Translations under genes and position numbers: made by a program
Shown: one piece after another, positions 1 to 10,317 of the stretch
Layout: each line of letters opens with the position of its first letter
Position numbering within the stretch: position 1 is the stretch's first letter
The notes under the pieces: model-generated
Database searches by the model: none
The model's input: only the letters and a program-made list of their open reading frames with translations
What the model was told of the DNA's origin: nothing
NCBI GenBank assembly: GCA_038225385.1
Contig: JBBRRC010000005.1
Coordinates: 18,743-82,742 of the forward strand
DNA from: Sphingomonadales bacterium
Lineage (GTDB): Bacteria > Pseudomonadota > Alphaproteobacteria > Sphingomonadales > Sphingomonadaceae
Length of the DNA stretch: 64,000 nucleotides
Reading direction: 5' to 3'

Positions 1-1323
1 GGTCGTGCCGGTGCGTCGGTCGAAGCGCTGCGTAATCCAGCGATCAATTCGATACGCCAGCGCCGGGCCGAGCTGGCTGCAGAATACAGTCGATTGATGC
101 TTCAGTTTGAGCCCGGATATCCCGCGGCGCGTGCCGTCCAGTCGCAACTCGATGAGCTTGACCGAAGCATTGCCCGTGAGGAAGGTCGTGTATCGGGGTC
201 GTTACGTGCCGATTATCGCGAAGCTCAAGAGCGCGAAGCGTCGCTCCAGAGCAAGGTGGACCAGCTCAAGACTGGGTATCTCGATCTGCGGCGTCGCAGT
301 ATTCAGTACAATATTTACCAGCAGGAAGTGGACACCAACCGAGCACTTTATGACGGGCTGTTGCAGCGTTTCAAGGAGATCGGCGTCGCAGGGGGCGTTG
401 GCATTAACAACATCTCCATTGTGGATCCTGCAGATGTTCCGGAGAAGCCCTCAAGCCCGCGACTGCTGATCAATCTGGCGGTGGCGCTGCTTGTAGGGCT
501 TGTGCTCAGCGCACTAACGGCGTTCGCGCTCGAGCAGATCGATGAGGCAATCGCGGATCCGATGGAGATCGAGCGACGCCTTGGTTTGCCGCTTCTGGGG
601 TCTGTGCCCAAACTCGACAGCGGAACACCAAAGGAAGCTCTGCTCGATCGCAAGTCCGATCTGGTCGATGCATATCTCGCCGTTCAAACCAATCTTAGCT
701 TCTCGACCGAGCACGGCGTACCGCGGTCGATCGCAATTACTTCGACCCGTCCGTCGGAAGGAAAGTCGACCACAGCGCTCGCCCTTGCGACGATGCTCGC
801 CCGGTCGCAGCGCAAGGTGATCCTGGTAGATGGCGACATGCGATCGCCGTCAATCCATCATCTTGGAGGCGTGGATCACGAGCGTGGTCTCAGCAATTTC
901 CTGGCAGGACAGGACAATATCGAGACTATGACCTTCCAGATGGCAGATCTCGGCCTTACGGCGATGTCAGCTGGACCTATCCCGCCGAACGCCGCGGAAC
1001 TATTGACCGGCCCAAGGCTGGCGCTGCTCATCACACGACTTCTGGAGACCTATGATCACGTCGTGATTGATTCGCCCCCAGTAATGGGGCTGGCCGATGC
1101 GCCGCTGATCGCGAGTCGGGTTGAAGGCGTGATCTATGCGGTTGAATCACACGGTATCCGCTCGAGCGTGGTAAAGACCGCGCTCAACCGCCTTGCGCAT
1201 GCCAACGCTCGTATCGTCGGCGGAGTGCTGACCAAGTTCGACGCGCGCAAGGCCCATTACGGCCACGGCTACGAATATGGGTATAATTACGGTCGTGCCG
1301 ACGAGAAGGCATTGCGCAGCTGA
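1..1323 (+). CDS. wzc: Wzc-type polysaccharide co-polymerase / BY tyrosine kinase (5'-truncated by window edge)
   Basis: Frame 1 is open from base 1; coiled-coil region, TM segment, Walker A (PSEGKST), VLVDGDMR, IDSPP and C-terminal Tyr cluster (HYGHGYEYGYNYG). Confidence 0.9.
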   Translation, partial: GRAGASVEALRNPAINSIRQRRAELAAEYSRLMLQFEPGYPAARAVQSQLDELDRSIAREEGRVSGSLRADYREAQEREASLQSKVDQLKTGYLDLRRRSIQYNIYQQEVDTNRALYDGLLQRFKEIGVAGGVGINNISIVDPADVPEKPSSPRLLINLAVALLVGLVLSALTAFALEQIDEAIADPMEIERRLGLPLLGSVPKLDSGTPKEALLDRKSDLVDAYLAVQTNLSFSTEHGVPRSIAITSTRPSEGKSTTALALATMLARSQRKVILVDGDMRSPSIHHLGGVDHERGLSNFLAGQDNIETMTFQMADLGLTAMSAGPIPPNAAELLTGPRLALLITRLLETYDHVVIDSPPVMGLADAPLIASRVEGVIYAVESHGIRSSVVKTALNRLAHANARIVGGVLTKFDARKAHYGHGYEYGYNYGRADEKALRS

Positions 1324-2540
1324 TGAGGCGACGCCGAGTCCGTGTCCGGCGATCCTTGGGCGAATGGGGCGTTCGGGGCATATTAGCGCTGGCTGTCGCG
1401 AGCCTTGGCTATGTAGGTATCGTCCAGAGCCTCGCTTATGGTTTGCGAGATTCGAACGCCGAACGCGCGCATGCCTTGGCGCCGTGGGACGGTCGCATTT
1501 CGGCCGCTCTCGCGCAGACGCTTTCCGGCCCGGAGGCTACGTCGGCTATGCGAGCGCAGGCCAGTAGTCTTGCACGCGCTGCGCTGCGCCAAGACCCAAC
1601 GGCGGTAGCAGCCGCATCGGTCTTGGCGATCAACGTCCAGATTTTAGGTGACGCCCGTGGAGCCGATCGACTTGCCACTTACGCCCAACTCCTATCCCGG
1701 CGCGACTTAGCGACGCAGATGTTGCTGATCGAACACGCCGTTTCTCAAAACGATGTTCCGGGCGCATTGCGGCATTACGATATCGCTCTGCGGACGACAC
1801 CCAACTCCACCAGCCTTTTGTTTCCTATTCTCGCAGGTGTTATAGCTGATCCCGAGATCAGGCCAGCGCTGGCCGGAACTCTCGCCAAGCGGCCACCTTG
1901 GTCCGCGCTGTTCCTCGAATACGCCGCAGCCAATAGCCCCGATCCGCGTGCAACTTCGTTGCTGTTCAGAGATCTTGCTGGAACGGAATATCCTATATCT
2001 GAGGTGTCCCGGATGCTGTTGATCGATACATTGGCTTCCCGAGGTCTGTTCGATGACGCCTGGTCTCTCTACGTATCGTTCAGTCCGGGTGCCGACCGGC
2101 AAAGCTCTCGGGACCCCAAGTTTACTGCCGATCTTAACCATCCGACGATATTCGATTGGCGCGTCGTTACCAACGGCGGGATCAGCGCGTCGATTCAGCG
2201 GGGGATGTTGGACTTCGCGGCCCCTTCGAGCGTGGGCGGAACCTTGGTCGAGCAACTGCAATTGCTGGCCCCGGGGCAATACCGTATTGCGGGACACAGC
2301 ATTGGAATCGATCAACCGCCAGGTTCGTCCCCCTACTGGCAATTGCGATGCCGTGATGGGCGCGAGCTGGGACGGACGGACGTGCCGAACTCGGCGTCCG
2401 CGAACGGTGACTTCGCGGGTCAATTCACCGTGCCGAAAGAATGTCCGACGCAGATACTTGCGCTGATAGCCAAACCCTTGGATGCGATTTCGGGCATATC
2501 CGGGCAGATTGATCGCGTAAGTCTCGCGCCGTTGCGGTAA
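1323..2540 (+). CDS. Membrane-anchored TPR-like helical protein coupled to wzc
   Basis: 405-aa ORF whose start overlaps the wzc stop (TGATG); N-terminal TM helix, Ala-rich helical repeats, probable C-terminal beta domain. Confidence 0.7.
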   Translation: MRRRRVRVRRSLGEWGVRGILALAVASLGYVGIVQSLAYGLRDSNAERAHALAPWDGRISAALAQTLSGPEATSAMRAQASSLARAALRQDPTAVAAASVLAINVQILGDARGADRLATYAQLLSRRDLATQMLLIEHAVSQNDVPGALRHYDIALRTTPNSTSLLFPILAGVIADPEIRPALAGTLAKRPPWSALFLEYAAANSPDPRATSLLFRDLAGTEYPISEVSRMLLIDTLASRGLFDDAWSLYVSFSPGADRQSSRDPKFTADLNHPTIFDWRVVTNGGISASIQRGMLDFAAPSSVGGTLVEQLQLLAPGQYRIAGHSIGIDQPPGSSPYWQLRCRDGRELGRTDVPNSASANGDFAGQFTVPKECPTQILALIAKPLDAISGISGQIDRVSLAPLR

Positions 2541-2553
2541 AGGTACAAGACGT

Positions 2554-2883
2554 ATGACCGGTCACAGCCATCGCTCCTTCTTAAATGCCGGTCTCTTCGC
2601 GGTATCGAGCATAATCGCCGTAGCGCCGGGGTCTAGTCAGGAGACGGCGACCGGACATCTGGCGACGTCGTCGGTCGGTCAAGTCGGACGACGTCAGGAC
2701 CAAAGCCAAGCGGCACCGAATGCCGAACCAATGGTACGCCTAAACAATCGTATTCAAAACCGAATCGAGTCGCGCATCAGGTCTAGAATTGATCGCGATT
2801 ACTTCCCGTCAACACTTACGCTATCGTCGTTTAAGGTGGCTGCCGCACGGGCTAGTGCTCCAACACAGACTAGCGGGCGCTAA
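2554..2883 (+). CDS. Small putative exported protein with RI-x-x repeats
   Basis: 109-aa ORF 13 nt after the previous gene; hydrophobic N-terminus; RLNNRIQNRIESRIRSRIDRDY periodic motif. Confidence 0.55.
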   Translation: MTGHSHRSFLNAGLFAVSSIIAVAPGSSQETATGHLATSSVGQVGRRQDQSQAAPNAEPMVRLNNRIQNRIESRIRSRIDRDYFPSTLTLSSFKVAAARASAPTQTSGR

Positions 2884-3391
2884 ATGGTGGACAATGCTCG
2901 TTGGTATATGATCGTGTTCTCGTAGAGATATTTTACTGTTGAAGAAGCAGAGTCGCCGGGTTTGGCGATCTGCATCAAGCAGTGCGCGAGAGGTTAATTG
3001 TTTGCGGCGGCGATTAGCGGGCCGCGTTGTCGAACCGCCGCATAGCTTTCTCGGAAGGTGGTGAAGCATCGCGGGGTAGGATACGAAATACGCGCGACCG
3101 AATCCGATCCGAGCATTGCGGCGGTAGAGACGTATGAGCACTTCCCCGTCCCAGATGGCCGCGCGCTAAGCATGCAAAGCCAATTAAGCGGACGGTCCTC
3201 TCGCAGCGCCGCCGTCTTATCAAGTAAGCCGCGCCTGCGGCGGCAGAACCTCACCGAGATCGACGATAATATGTCTCATGGCGTCTGCTCGCAACGTTCT
3301 GCACCCCATTTCGAGATTCAGCAGATTGTCTCACCGCTGTCTGATCGAACCAATAAGAGCCGGGAGCTCACCGGAGGATGTCGGTGGACAT

Positions 3392-4681
3392 CTACGGGTT
3401 AATCGGCAGGGTCCCACTTCTCAATGCTCGATTCACGGTCACAACGAAATATAGACCCATAAAGAGCTGGGGAAACAGCGCCGCGAACGCCATGCCGACT
3501 ACGCCGTATGCGCGTACTAGAACTGGTGCAAGAACCAGAAAGGTAAGACCGGTGAAGCGGTAGATACTTGCAAGACTCCTATCACGGTGCATTGCAACCA
3601 TCACTGGACTAAGAGAGACGCAAATAACCGTGAAAAATGATGCAAACAACCAGATTGTAAATATCGTTATGCCAGCAGCGTTGTGCTGACCTGCAAAGAA
3701 CGAATAAACCGTTTCCCGCATAAAAAAGATGACCCCTAGCATTAGTGCTGAGATACCGGCGACGGAGAGCAAGTACATCTTTACCATTCGAGCAAATCCT
3801 TCGTCACCTCGTGCGAAGCGACGCACTAAGGTCGGAAAAAGCGTCTGGGCGGCGATATTGAACAAGGACACGAAAGCCTGAGATATGCGCTCGGCAATAC
3901 TGTAAAACCCAACGCTTTGTGCGGGGAGCATCACGCCGATGATTATTATCGTTCCATAGGCGTGGACAATGCCCCAAGCTGTCGCCGAAAATAATTTCCA
4001 ATTATCTCGAAGAAGTATTTTGATGTCAGCTTTCGCCGTACCGTTCGAGCGCAAAGGCAAAGATCGTCGAAATAGCATTCCTGCTGCAATCAGTGCAATC
4101 AATGCCGCGATAGCTTGCGTCATCGGAACGACATAAGTGTCTGCTGGAGAACGAATAAGCGCGAACGCGGACCCGGCAGCTAAGAAACGAGTGGTGACGA
4201 GTATTCGAGCTGCCTTGGGTACAATGAGCAGCCCTTGGAAAAGCCAAAGTGGGAAAAGGGCCGCCGTTCCCGCGGAAGCGATCGACCAGAGGTATACCAC
4301 GAAATGCTCTCGAACCTGCGGCACGACTAGCGCGGCAAGGCAAAAAACTGCTGCTATTCCTGTGAACAGAAGAGTTTTAAGCGCTGATGTAGCGATGAGG
4401 TAACGATTAAGGGCTTCAGGTTCAGAGCCATGGCTCGCTGCATAACGTGCGCCAGACTGAAGGATGCCATAGTCGATAATCACGCCGCCCGCCATTGCCA
4501 CGGCGTTCGCAACCGCAATTTGCCCCAACCCAGCAATTGTTAAGACGCGAGCGAAGTATGGAACCGTTATAATTGGTATAAGGTAAGATACGGCTTGGAT
4601 CGCCGAGAAGGCGCTGAAGTTCGATAAGTAAAGTCTAAATGGCCGGATGAATGTAGCAAGGAGCTTAAAAATCTTGGACAT
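3392..4681 (-). CDS. wzx: Wzx-type oligosaccharide flippase
   Basis: 429 aa, many TM helices, N-terminal YLIPIITVPYFARVL motif typical of the flippase family; AT-richer than flanks. Confidence 0.8.
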   Translation of the reverse strand: MSKIFKLLATFIRPFRLYLSNFSAFSAIQAVSYLIPIITVPYFARVLTIAGLGQIAVANAVAMAGGVIIDYGILQSGARYAASHGSEPEALNRYLIATSALKTLLFTGIAAVFCLAALVVPQVREHFVVYLWSIASAGTAALFPLWLFQGLLIVPKAARILVTTRFLAAGSAFALIRSPADTYVVPMTQAIAALIALIAAGMLFRRSLPLRSNGTAKADIKILLRDNWKLFSATAWGIVHAYGTIIIIGVMLPAQSVGFYSIAERISQAFVSLFNIAAQTLFPTLVRRFARGDEGFARMVKMYLLSVAGISALMLGVIFFMRETVYSFFAGQHNAAGITIFTIWLFASFFTVICVSLSPVMVAMHRDRSLASIYRFTGLTFLVLAPVLVRAYGVVGMAFAALFPQLFMGLYFVVTVNRALRSGTLPINP

Positions 4682-4725
4682 GCTAGCGGCCGCGGCCTTC
4701 AGCTATTCGTTAAATCAAAAACATT

Positions 4726-5460
4726 TCATCGAACGAAAACCAGATTTTCGCGATTGATGAATAACTCAAAATCTCGCTTTGCCAGTTCCTGCTGAAACAT
4801 TCGACTTGTCCGTTTACCTGGAAAAAGCCAGTCATGGGGCTCGATATAGACCACAAAAGCTTGATCGATCCAATCGGTGTTGGACGCAAACAGGTCGCTT
4901 TCGAAGCCCTCGATGTCCACCTTTGCGATGAAAAGTTCGCCATCTGGAACTGACAAAACCGCGTCCTCTACAGTGATAACCTTAACTCCTGACTGCGCAC
5001 GCTCCGTCTGGACGCCCCAAGAGTGACCACTCTTTAATACGGATACGAAGCCCGTCTGGCTCCCGATGGCTGCTTCCATTACGGTGATACCGCGGCCTAC
5101 GGCATTGCGTTTAAGAATTTTAGCATTTTGCGGGTCTGGTTCGATCGCGACAACTGCGGCGTGTGGATATTGCTGTCTGAACCATAGGGAGGCGGTTCCA
5201 ATGTTAGCGCCAGCATCTACCACCACCGGCCGTTTTCCAGACGCGACGATCTCCTCGTATCTTGAGCGAACGCGATCAGCCACCTCCCGGATAACGAGCG
5301 CGTATTCCTCGCCCCGGAATACCTGCCGCACACTTTCAAAGTCGCTGTCGCCGGCGCGCACAATCACTGATCCGACGCCGGCCACCTTCACGGGAAAGGT
5401 GGCCTTCGAACCTCGTGCTGCTCGCAGCCCGCTCAAGAAAAAGCGCGGCCCCATTTTCAC
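4726..5460 (-). CDS. FkbM-family SAM-dependent methyltransferase
   Basis: VVDAGANIG SAM motif, AIEPDPQN and KVDIEGFE motifs. Confidence 0.9.
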   Translation of the reverse strand: MKMGPRFFLSGLRAARGSKATFPVKVAGVGSVIVRAGDSDFESVRQVFRGEEYALVIREVADRVRSRYEEIVASGKRPVVVDAGANIGTASLWFRQQYPHAAVVAIEPDPQNAKILKRNAVGRGITVMEAAIGSQTGFVSVLKSGHSWGVQTERAQSGVKVITVEDAVLSVPDGELFIAKVDIEGFESDLFASNTDWIDQAFVVYIEPHDWLFPGKRTSRMFQQELAKRDFELFINRENLVFVR

Positions 5461-5990
5461 GATGTCGAGCGTACTCTGGTATAAAAACGTCTTGATATCG
5501 AAAACCTAACTAAATCCGTGAACGATTAACCGACTGCCTTGAGGCGGCCCTATCGGCGCGATGCTTCGTCCGCATCTTGAATTGGTAATGTCATAAAGAT
5601 CGGACCGCCAAGGTCAGCCATAGCTTGCTAATAAACCCTCCGCGGGGAAGCTTGGAGCACGGTGGCCGACGATCGATCATCCCGTCCAAGGAGCTACAGG
5701 ATGGGGTATTACGTGGCAAGCACGGTCGTACGCCGAGATGTGGCAATTTGAGTTTGGGCGGAGCCGCTGTCGTTTTCATCCCTCGCTCGCGAGATGGTCG
5801 TCTGCGATCACGGGGGCAGCAGTCGGCGTGAAAACCTCGCTTGAACGCAGGTTGGCACAGCCACGCCTCAGCACCGACGCCCAAATTTCGGGCGACTTTG
5901 GCGGCGGACGATAATGCTCGCCCGACTTGAAACGAAGACGCTCGGCGCTAGAATCTTGCATCGGAACTGTCGCTGCGCAATGGCGCAGCA

Positions 5991-7679
5991 ATGAGTTATG
6001 CCTTCCAAGTTGCCGAACAGCGTTTCCTGCTCGAAACGGTATCGGCTATCGGCGCACTCGGCGTCGACCAGGACATCCTCGACGCCATCCTCGAAGGCGC
6101 TGCCGCCTTCGCCGAAGGTGAGTTCGCCCCCCTCAACCGCATCGGCGACACCGTCGGCGCGCGCTGGGCGGGTGGCAGGGTGACGATGCCCGACGGCTAC
6201 CGGGCGGCCTACCGCGCTTATGTCGAGGGGGGCTGGGGGTCGCTCGACGGGCCGGAATCGGCGGGCGGGCAGGGGCTGCCATTTGCGCTGGCGACGATCG
6301 TCCTCGAGGATCTCGGCACGGCCAATATGGCGTTCACGCTCTGCCCGATGCTCACCGTCGGCGCGATCGAGGCCATTCATGCGCATGGGTCCGACCAGCA
6401 GAAGGCGACCTATCTGCCAAAACTCGTCAGCGGCGAATGGACCGGCACGATGAACCTGACCGAGCCGCAGGCCGGGTCCGATGTCGGGGCGCTCAGGACG
6501 AGCGCAACGCCGAACGGCGACGGCAGCTGGTCGGTGACCGGCCAGAAGATCTACATCACGTTCGGCGACCACGACCTGACCGACAACATCATCCACCTCG
6601 TCCTTGCCCGGACGCCGGGCGCGCCCGCCGGGACAAAGGGTATCTCGCTGTTCCTGGTGCCGAAATTCCGTGCCGACGACCACGGCGCCTTCACCGTGCC
6701 GAACGACGTCCGCTGTGCGTCGATCGAACACAAGCTGGGGATCAACGCCTCGCCGACCTGCACGATGGTCTATGGCGACGGCGGGGACTGTCACGGTTGG
6801 CTGATCGGCCCCGAAATGGGCGGGATGCGCGCGATGTTCACGATGATGAACAATGCGCGGCTGAACGTCGGGTTGCAGGGCGTGCAGATCGGCGAGCGCG
6901 CGACCCAGGCGGCGGTCGCCTATGCCCGCGACCGCGTGCAGGGAAAGCCGATCATCGATCATCCCGACGTCCGCCGGATGCTGATGCGGATGAAGGCGCT
7001 GACCCAGGGTGCCCGCGCGCTGATCTACGAGGCGGCGGCGAACGTCGACCGGGCGAGGGCGGGGGTCGCAGGCGCGCGGTCGCGGCTCGATCTGCTCACG
7101 CCGCTCGCCAAATCCTGGGGGACGGACGTCGGCTGCGAAGTCGCCTCGCTCGGGGTGCAGGTCCACGGCGGCATGGGCTTTGTCGAGGAAACCGGTGCGG
7201 CACAGCATTATCGCGATATCCGCATCGCGCCGATCTACGAGGGGACCAACGGCATTCAGGCCGCCGATCTGGTCGGGCGCAAGCTTGGCCTCGACGGCGG
7301 CGCGGCGGTTGCAGACCTGATCGCCGACGTGCGCGCCGACGCGGGTGACGCGGCGCCGCTGCTGGCGCTGGCCGATGCGGTCGAGCGCAGCGTCGCCTGG
7401 ATGAACGGCCACGGCGGCGACGACCGGCTGGCCGGGAGCGCCGCGCTGCTCGACATGATGGCGGTGGCCACCGCGGGCGGGCTGCTCGCGCGCCAGGCGC
7501 GGATCGCCGGGGAACGGCTGGCGAAGGGCGTGGGTGATCCGGGCTTCCTTCAGGCAAAGATCGCCGTCGCGCGCTTCTTCCTCGACCGGATCGTTCCTGA
7601 GGCGGCCGGGAAAGAGGCCTCGGCCTGTGCCGGCGCGACCGGCCTGTTCAGTCTTTCGGCTGACGCACTGGCAGGGTAG
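5991..7679 (+). CDS. Acyl-CoA dehydrogenase (3-methylmercaptopropionyl-CoA dehydrogenase-like long form)
   Basis: GTMNLTEPQAGSDVG, GQKIYIT, QVHGGMG and IYEGTNGIQ motifs. Confidence 0.9.
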   Translation: MSYAFQVAEQRFLLETVSAIGALGVDQDILDAILEGAAAFAEGEFAPLNRIGDTVGARWAGGRVTMPDGYRAAYRAYVEGGWGSLDGPESAGGQGLPFALATIVLEDLGTANMAFTLCPMLTVGAIEAIHAHGSDQQKATYLPKLVSGEWTGTMNLTEPQAGSDVGALRTSATPNGDGSWSVTGQKIYITFGDHDLTDNIIHLVLARTPGAPAGTKGISLFLVPKFRADDHGAFTVPNDVRCASIEHKLGINASPTCTMVYGDGGDCHGWLIGPEMGGMRAMFTMMNNARLNVGLQGVQIGERATQAAVAYARDRVQGKPIIDHPDVRRMLMRMKALTQGARALIYEAAANVDRARAGVAGARSRLDLLTPLAKSWGTDVGCEVASLGVQVHGGMGFVEETGAAQHYRDIRIAPIYEGTNGIQAADLVGRKLGLDGGAAVADLIADVRADAGDAAPLLALADAVERSVAWMNGHGGDDRLAGSAALLDMMAVATAGGLLARQARIAGERLAKGVGDPGFLQAKIAVARFFLDRIVPEAAGKEASACAGATGLFSLSADALAG

Positions 7680-7701
7680 AGGGCGGCAGAATCAGCGACG
7701 G

Positions 7702-8235
7702 ATGGAGATACGGGCAGTGACCAGAACCGCCAAGCTTGCCACGGTGTTTGCCCTTATCGCCGGTGCTGCCGGCCCCTCGCTGGCCGTACCCCGGCATCAT
7801 GCCCATCCGGTGGTCAGCCATATCGGGCCGGGGTGCACCGGTCCGGCCGAGGCGTTCCTCGCCTGTCACGCAAAGCTGCCCGGCGTGCACACGACGCCAT
7901 CCGGCCTCCAGTATCAGATCATCGTCCCCGGGGCGGGGGGCAAGCCGACGACCGACGATATCGTCACCGTCAACTACACCGGCACCCTGACCACGGGCGC
8001 GCCGTTCGATCAGGGGGTCAAATCCGACTTTCCGGTGTCGGGCGTCGTGCCGGGCTTTGCCGAGGGGCTGCAACTGATGCCGCTGGGCGCGAAATACCGT
8101 TTCTGGATTCCGCCGCTGCTTGCCTATGGCGATGCCTCACCGACGCCCGTTATCCCGCCGCATTCGGTGCTGGTGTTCGAGGTCGATCTGCTCACCTTCC
8201 GTAACAAGGCGGCGGATGGTCCCGAACAGGAATAG
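7702..8235 (+). CDS. FKBP-type peptidyl-prolyl isomerase, exported
   Basis: TPSGLQY, VNYTGTL, VVPGFAEGL and IPPHSVLVFEVDLL motifs; signal peptide; start moved to ATG 7702. Confidence 0.9.
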   Translation: MEIRAVTRTAKLATVFALIAGAAGPSLAVPRHHAHPVVSHIGPGCTGPAEAFLACHAKLPGVHTTPSGLQYQIIVPGAGGKPTTDDIVTVNYTGTLTTGAPFDQGVKSDFPVSGVVPGFAEGLQLMPLGAKYRFWIPPLLAYGDASPTPVIPPHSVLVFEVDLLTFRNKAADGPEQE

Positions 8236-8755
8236 CATCATCCGCCGTGCGATCCCTGCCGATCGCGACGCACTCCATAGCCTGATCGAGCGCGCCTATC
8301 GCGGTGCTGCGGCGCGGCGCGGATGGACGCACGAGGCCGATCTGCTCGGCGGACAGCGGACCGATCGCGCGGCGCTGACCGCGATGCTCGACGATCCCCT
8401 GTCGCGGCTCCTGCTCGCTTTCGACGATGGAGCGCTGGTCGGGTGCGTCCACGTCGCCGCCAGGGGCGATGGTCTTTGTTATCTCGGATTGCTGTCGGTC
8501 GATCCCGACTGTCAGGGGCGGGGGATCGGCAGCCGGCTGATCGCCGCGGCGGAGGATTGCGCGCGGACAGAGCTGCACGCGACGACGATGGAAATGACCG
8601 TGATCGCGCGGCGGACGGAACTGATCGCCTATTATGCGCGGCGAAACTATCTTCCCACGGGCGAGGTGCGCCCGTTTCCCCGCACCGACTCGCGCTTTGG
8701 TCTGCCGCTTGCCGACGATCTCGATTTCGCGGTGCTTGCCAGGAGTCTTGTCTGA
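8216..8755 (+). CDS. GNAT-family N-acetyltransferase
   Basis: LSVDPDCQGRGIGSRL acetyl-CoA binding motif; exact start uncertain. Confidence 0.85.
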   Translation: MVPNRNSIIRRAIPADRDALHSLIERAYRGAAARRGWTHEADLLGGQRTDRAALTAMLDDPLSRLLLAFDDGALVGCVHVAARGDGLCYLGLLSVDPDCQGRGIGSRLIAAAEDCARTELHATTMEMTVIARRTELIAYYARRNYLPTGEVRPFPRTDSRFGLPLADDLDFAVLARSLV

Positions 8756-8799
8756 CGCCCTCCCGGCCTTATCTTGACCGGGATCAGAGGAGACAGGCC

Positions 8800-9348
8800 A
8801 TGACGACCGAAACCGCGACCCTTGCTGCTGGATGTTTCTGGTGCGTGGAGGCGGTGTTCGACGGGCTGGCCGGCGTTCAGTCGGTCGAAAGCGGGTATAT
8901 CGGCGGTCACGTGCCCCACCCGACCTACAAGCAGGTGTGCAGTGGCTCGACCGGTCATGCCGAGGCGATCCGCATCGTGTTCGACCCTGCTGTCGTCGGG
9001 TTCGACGAGATCCTCGACATCTTTTTCGAAATCCACGACCCGACCCAGCTCAATCGCCAGGGCAATGACGTCGGCACCCAGTATCGGTCGGCGATCTTTC
9101 CCCATTCGCCCGATCAGGACGCGGCGGCACGGGCCGCCATCGCGCGGGCGCAGGCCGACCACGACCGGCCGATCGTCACGACGATCGAGCCGCTGTCCGA
9201 GTGGACCGTTGCCGAGGACTATCATCAGGAATATTTCGAGCGGGAAGGGAATTCCAATCCCTATTGTCAGATCGTCGTCGCCCCCAAGCTCGCCAAATTC
9301 CGCAAGAAACACGCGGACCGGCTGAAGGCGTCAGCCCCCGTAGCGTAG
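8800..9348 (+). CDS. msrA: Peptide methionine sulfoxide reductase A
   Basis: AGCFWC active site, GHAEAI and AEDYHQEY motifs; RBS GAGGAGA before ATG 8800. Confidence 0.95.
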   Translation: MTTETATLAAGCFWCVEAVFDGLAGVQSVESGYIGGHVPHPTYKQVCSGSTGHAEAIRIVFDPAVVGFDEILDIFFEIHDPTQLNRQGNDVGTQYRSAIFPHSPDQDAAARAAIARAQADHDRPIVTTIEPLSEWTVAEDYHQEYFEREGNSNPYCQIVVAPKLAKFRKKHADRLKASAPVA

Positions 9349-10317
9349 GCGGAACCAGCCGACGAAGCGCGCAATGCCCACATCCAGCGGGACGCGGGGC
9401 GCATAGCCGAGGTCGCGGCGACTGGCCCCTATATCCGCCCAGGTGGCGGGCACGTCACCGGGCTGCATCGGCTGGTAATCGATGATCGCCGTGTGCCCCG
9501 TCGCTTCCTCGATCTGTGCGATGAATGCCATCAGCGGCACCGGACTGTCGTTGCCGAGGTTATAAAGCGCGTGCGGGGCGACGCTGCCGCCGGGTTTCGG
9601 ATTGCCGTCGTCGGGCGGTGGCCGGTCGATCGCCGCGACGACGCCGGCAACCACGTCGTCGATATAGGTAAAATCCCGCCGCATCTGGCCATGATTGAAC
9701 ACGCTGATCGGCTCCCCCGCCAGGATTGCGCGGGTGAACAGCCAGGGGGCCATGTCGGGCCGTCCCCACGGGCCATAGACCGTAAAAAAACGCAGTCCGG
9801 TCAGTGGAATACGATAGAGATGCGCATAGCTTTCGCTCATCAGCTCGTCGGCCTTCTTGGTCGCGGCGTAGAGCGAGACGGGATGATCGACGCGCGCATC
9901 GACGGCAAAGGGCAGGTCGCTGGTGCCGCCATAGACCGACGACGACGAGGCATAGACCATCGGCACCTGCCGCGCGCGGGCGACTTCGAGCAGGTTCAGG
10001 TGACCGACGAGGTTGGACTGGACATAGGCGCGCGGATTGTCGAGCGAGTAACGCACTCCCGCCTGTGCGCCGAGGTGGACGATGGCATCCACATCGTGCG
10101 GGGCGAGCGCCGGTTCGAGCGCGGCATGATCGGCGAAATCGAGTTCGTGAAAGCCGAAGCGCGTCGTGCCGATGTCCGCCAGTCGGTCGCGCTTCAGACC
10201 GACATTGTAATAATCGTTCAGATTGTCGATTCCGACGACGCTGTCGCCCCGCGTGATCAGCGCCCTGGCAACCGCATGGCCGATGAACCCGGCGACTCCG
10301 GTGACCAGGACCCTCAC
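9331..10317 (-). CDS. NAD-dependent nucleotide-sugar epimerase (UDP-glucuronate 4-epimerase-like)
   Basis: TGVAGFIG, HLGAQAGVRYS, YAATKKA and RDFTYIDD motifs; GTG start overlaps the tsaC stop. Confidence 0.9.
   Translation of the reverse strand: MRVLVTGVAGFIGHAVARALITRGDSVVGIDNLNDYYNVGLKRDRLADIGTTRFGFHELDFADHAALEPALAPHDVDAIVHLGAQAGVRYSLDNPRAYVQSNLVGHLNLLEVARARQVPMVYASSSSVYGGTSDLPFAVDARVDHPVSLYAATKKADELMSESYAHLYRIPLTGLRFFTVYGPWGRPDMAPWLFTRAILAGEPISVFNHGQMRRDFTYIDDVVAGVVAAIDRPPPDDGNPKPGGSVAPHALYNLGNDSPVPLMAFIAQIEEATGHTAIIDYQPMQPGDVPATWADIGASRRDLGYAPRVPLDVGIARFVGWFRLRYGG

Noticed and set aside
2940-3402. ORF 3058-3402 and GC hairpins between the mini-protein gene and wzx
   Set aside because: No recognisable motif or RBS; may be a gene remnant but cannot be supported.
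5600-5990. Intergenic segment with short ORFs, a Trp-rich open frame and an 8-bp inverted repeat (5888-5895/5918-5925)
   Set aside because: No transposase motif, terminal inverted repeats or target duplication identified; insufficient evidence for a mobile remnant or ncRNA.
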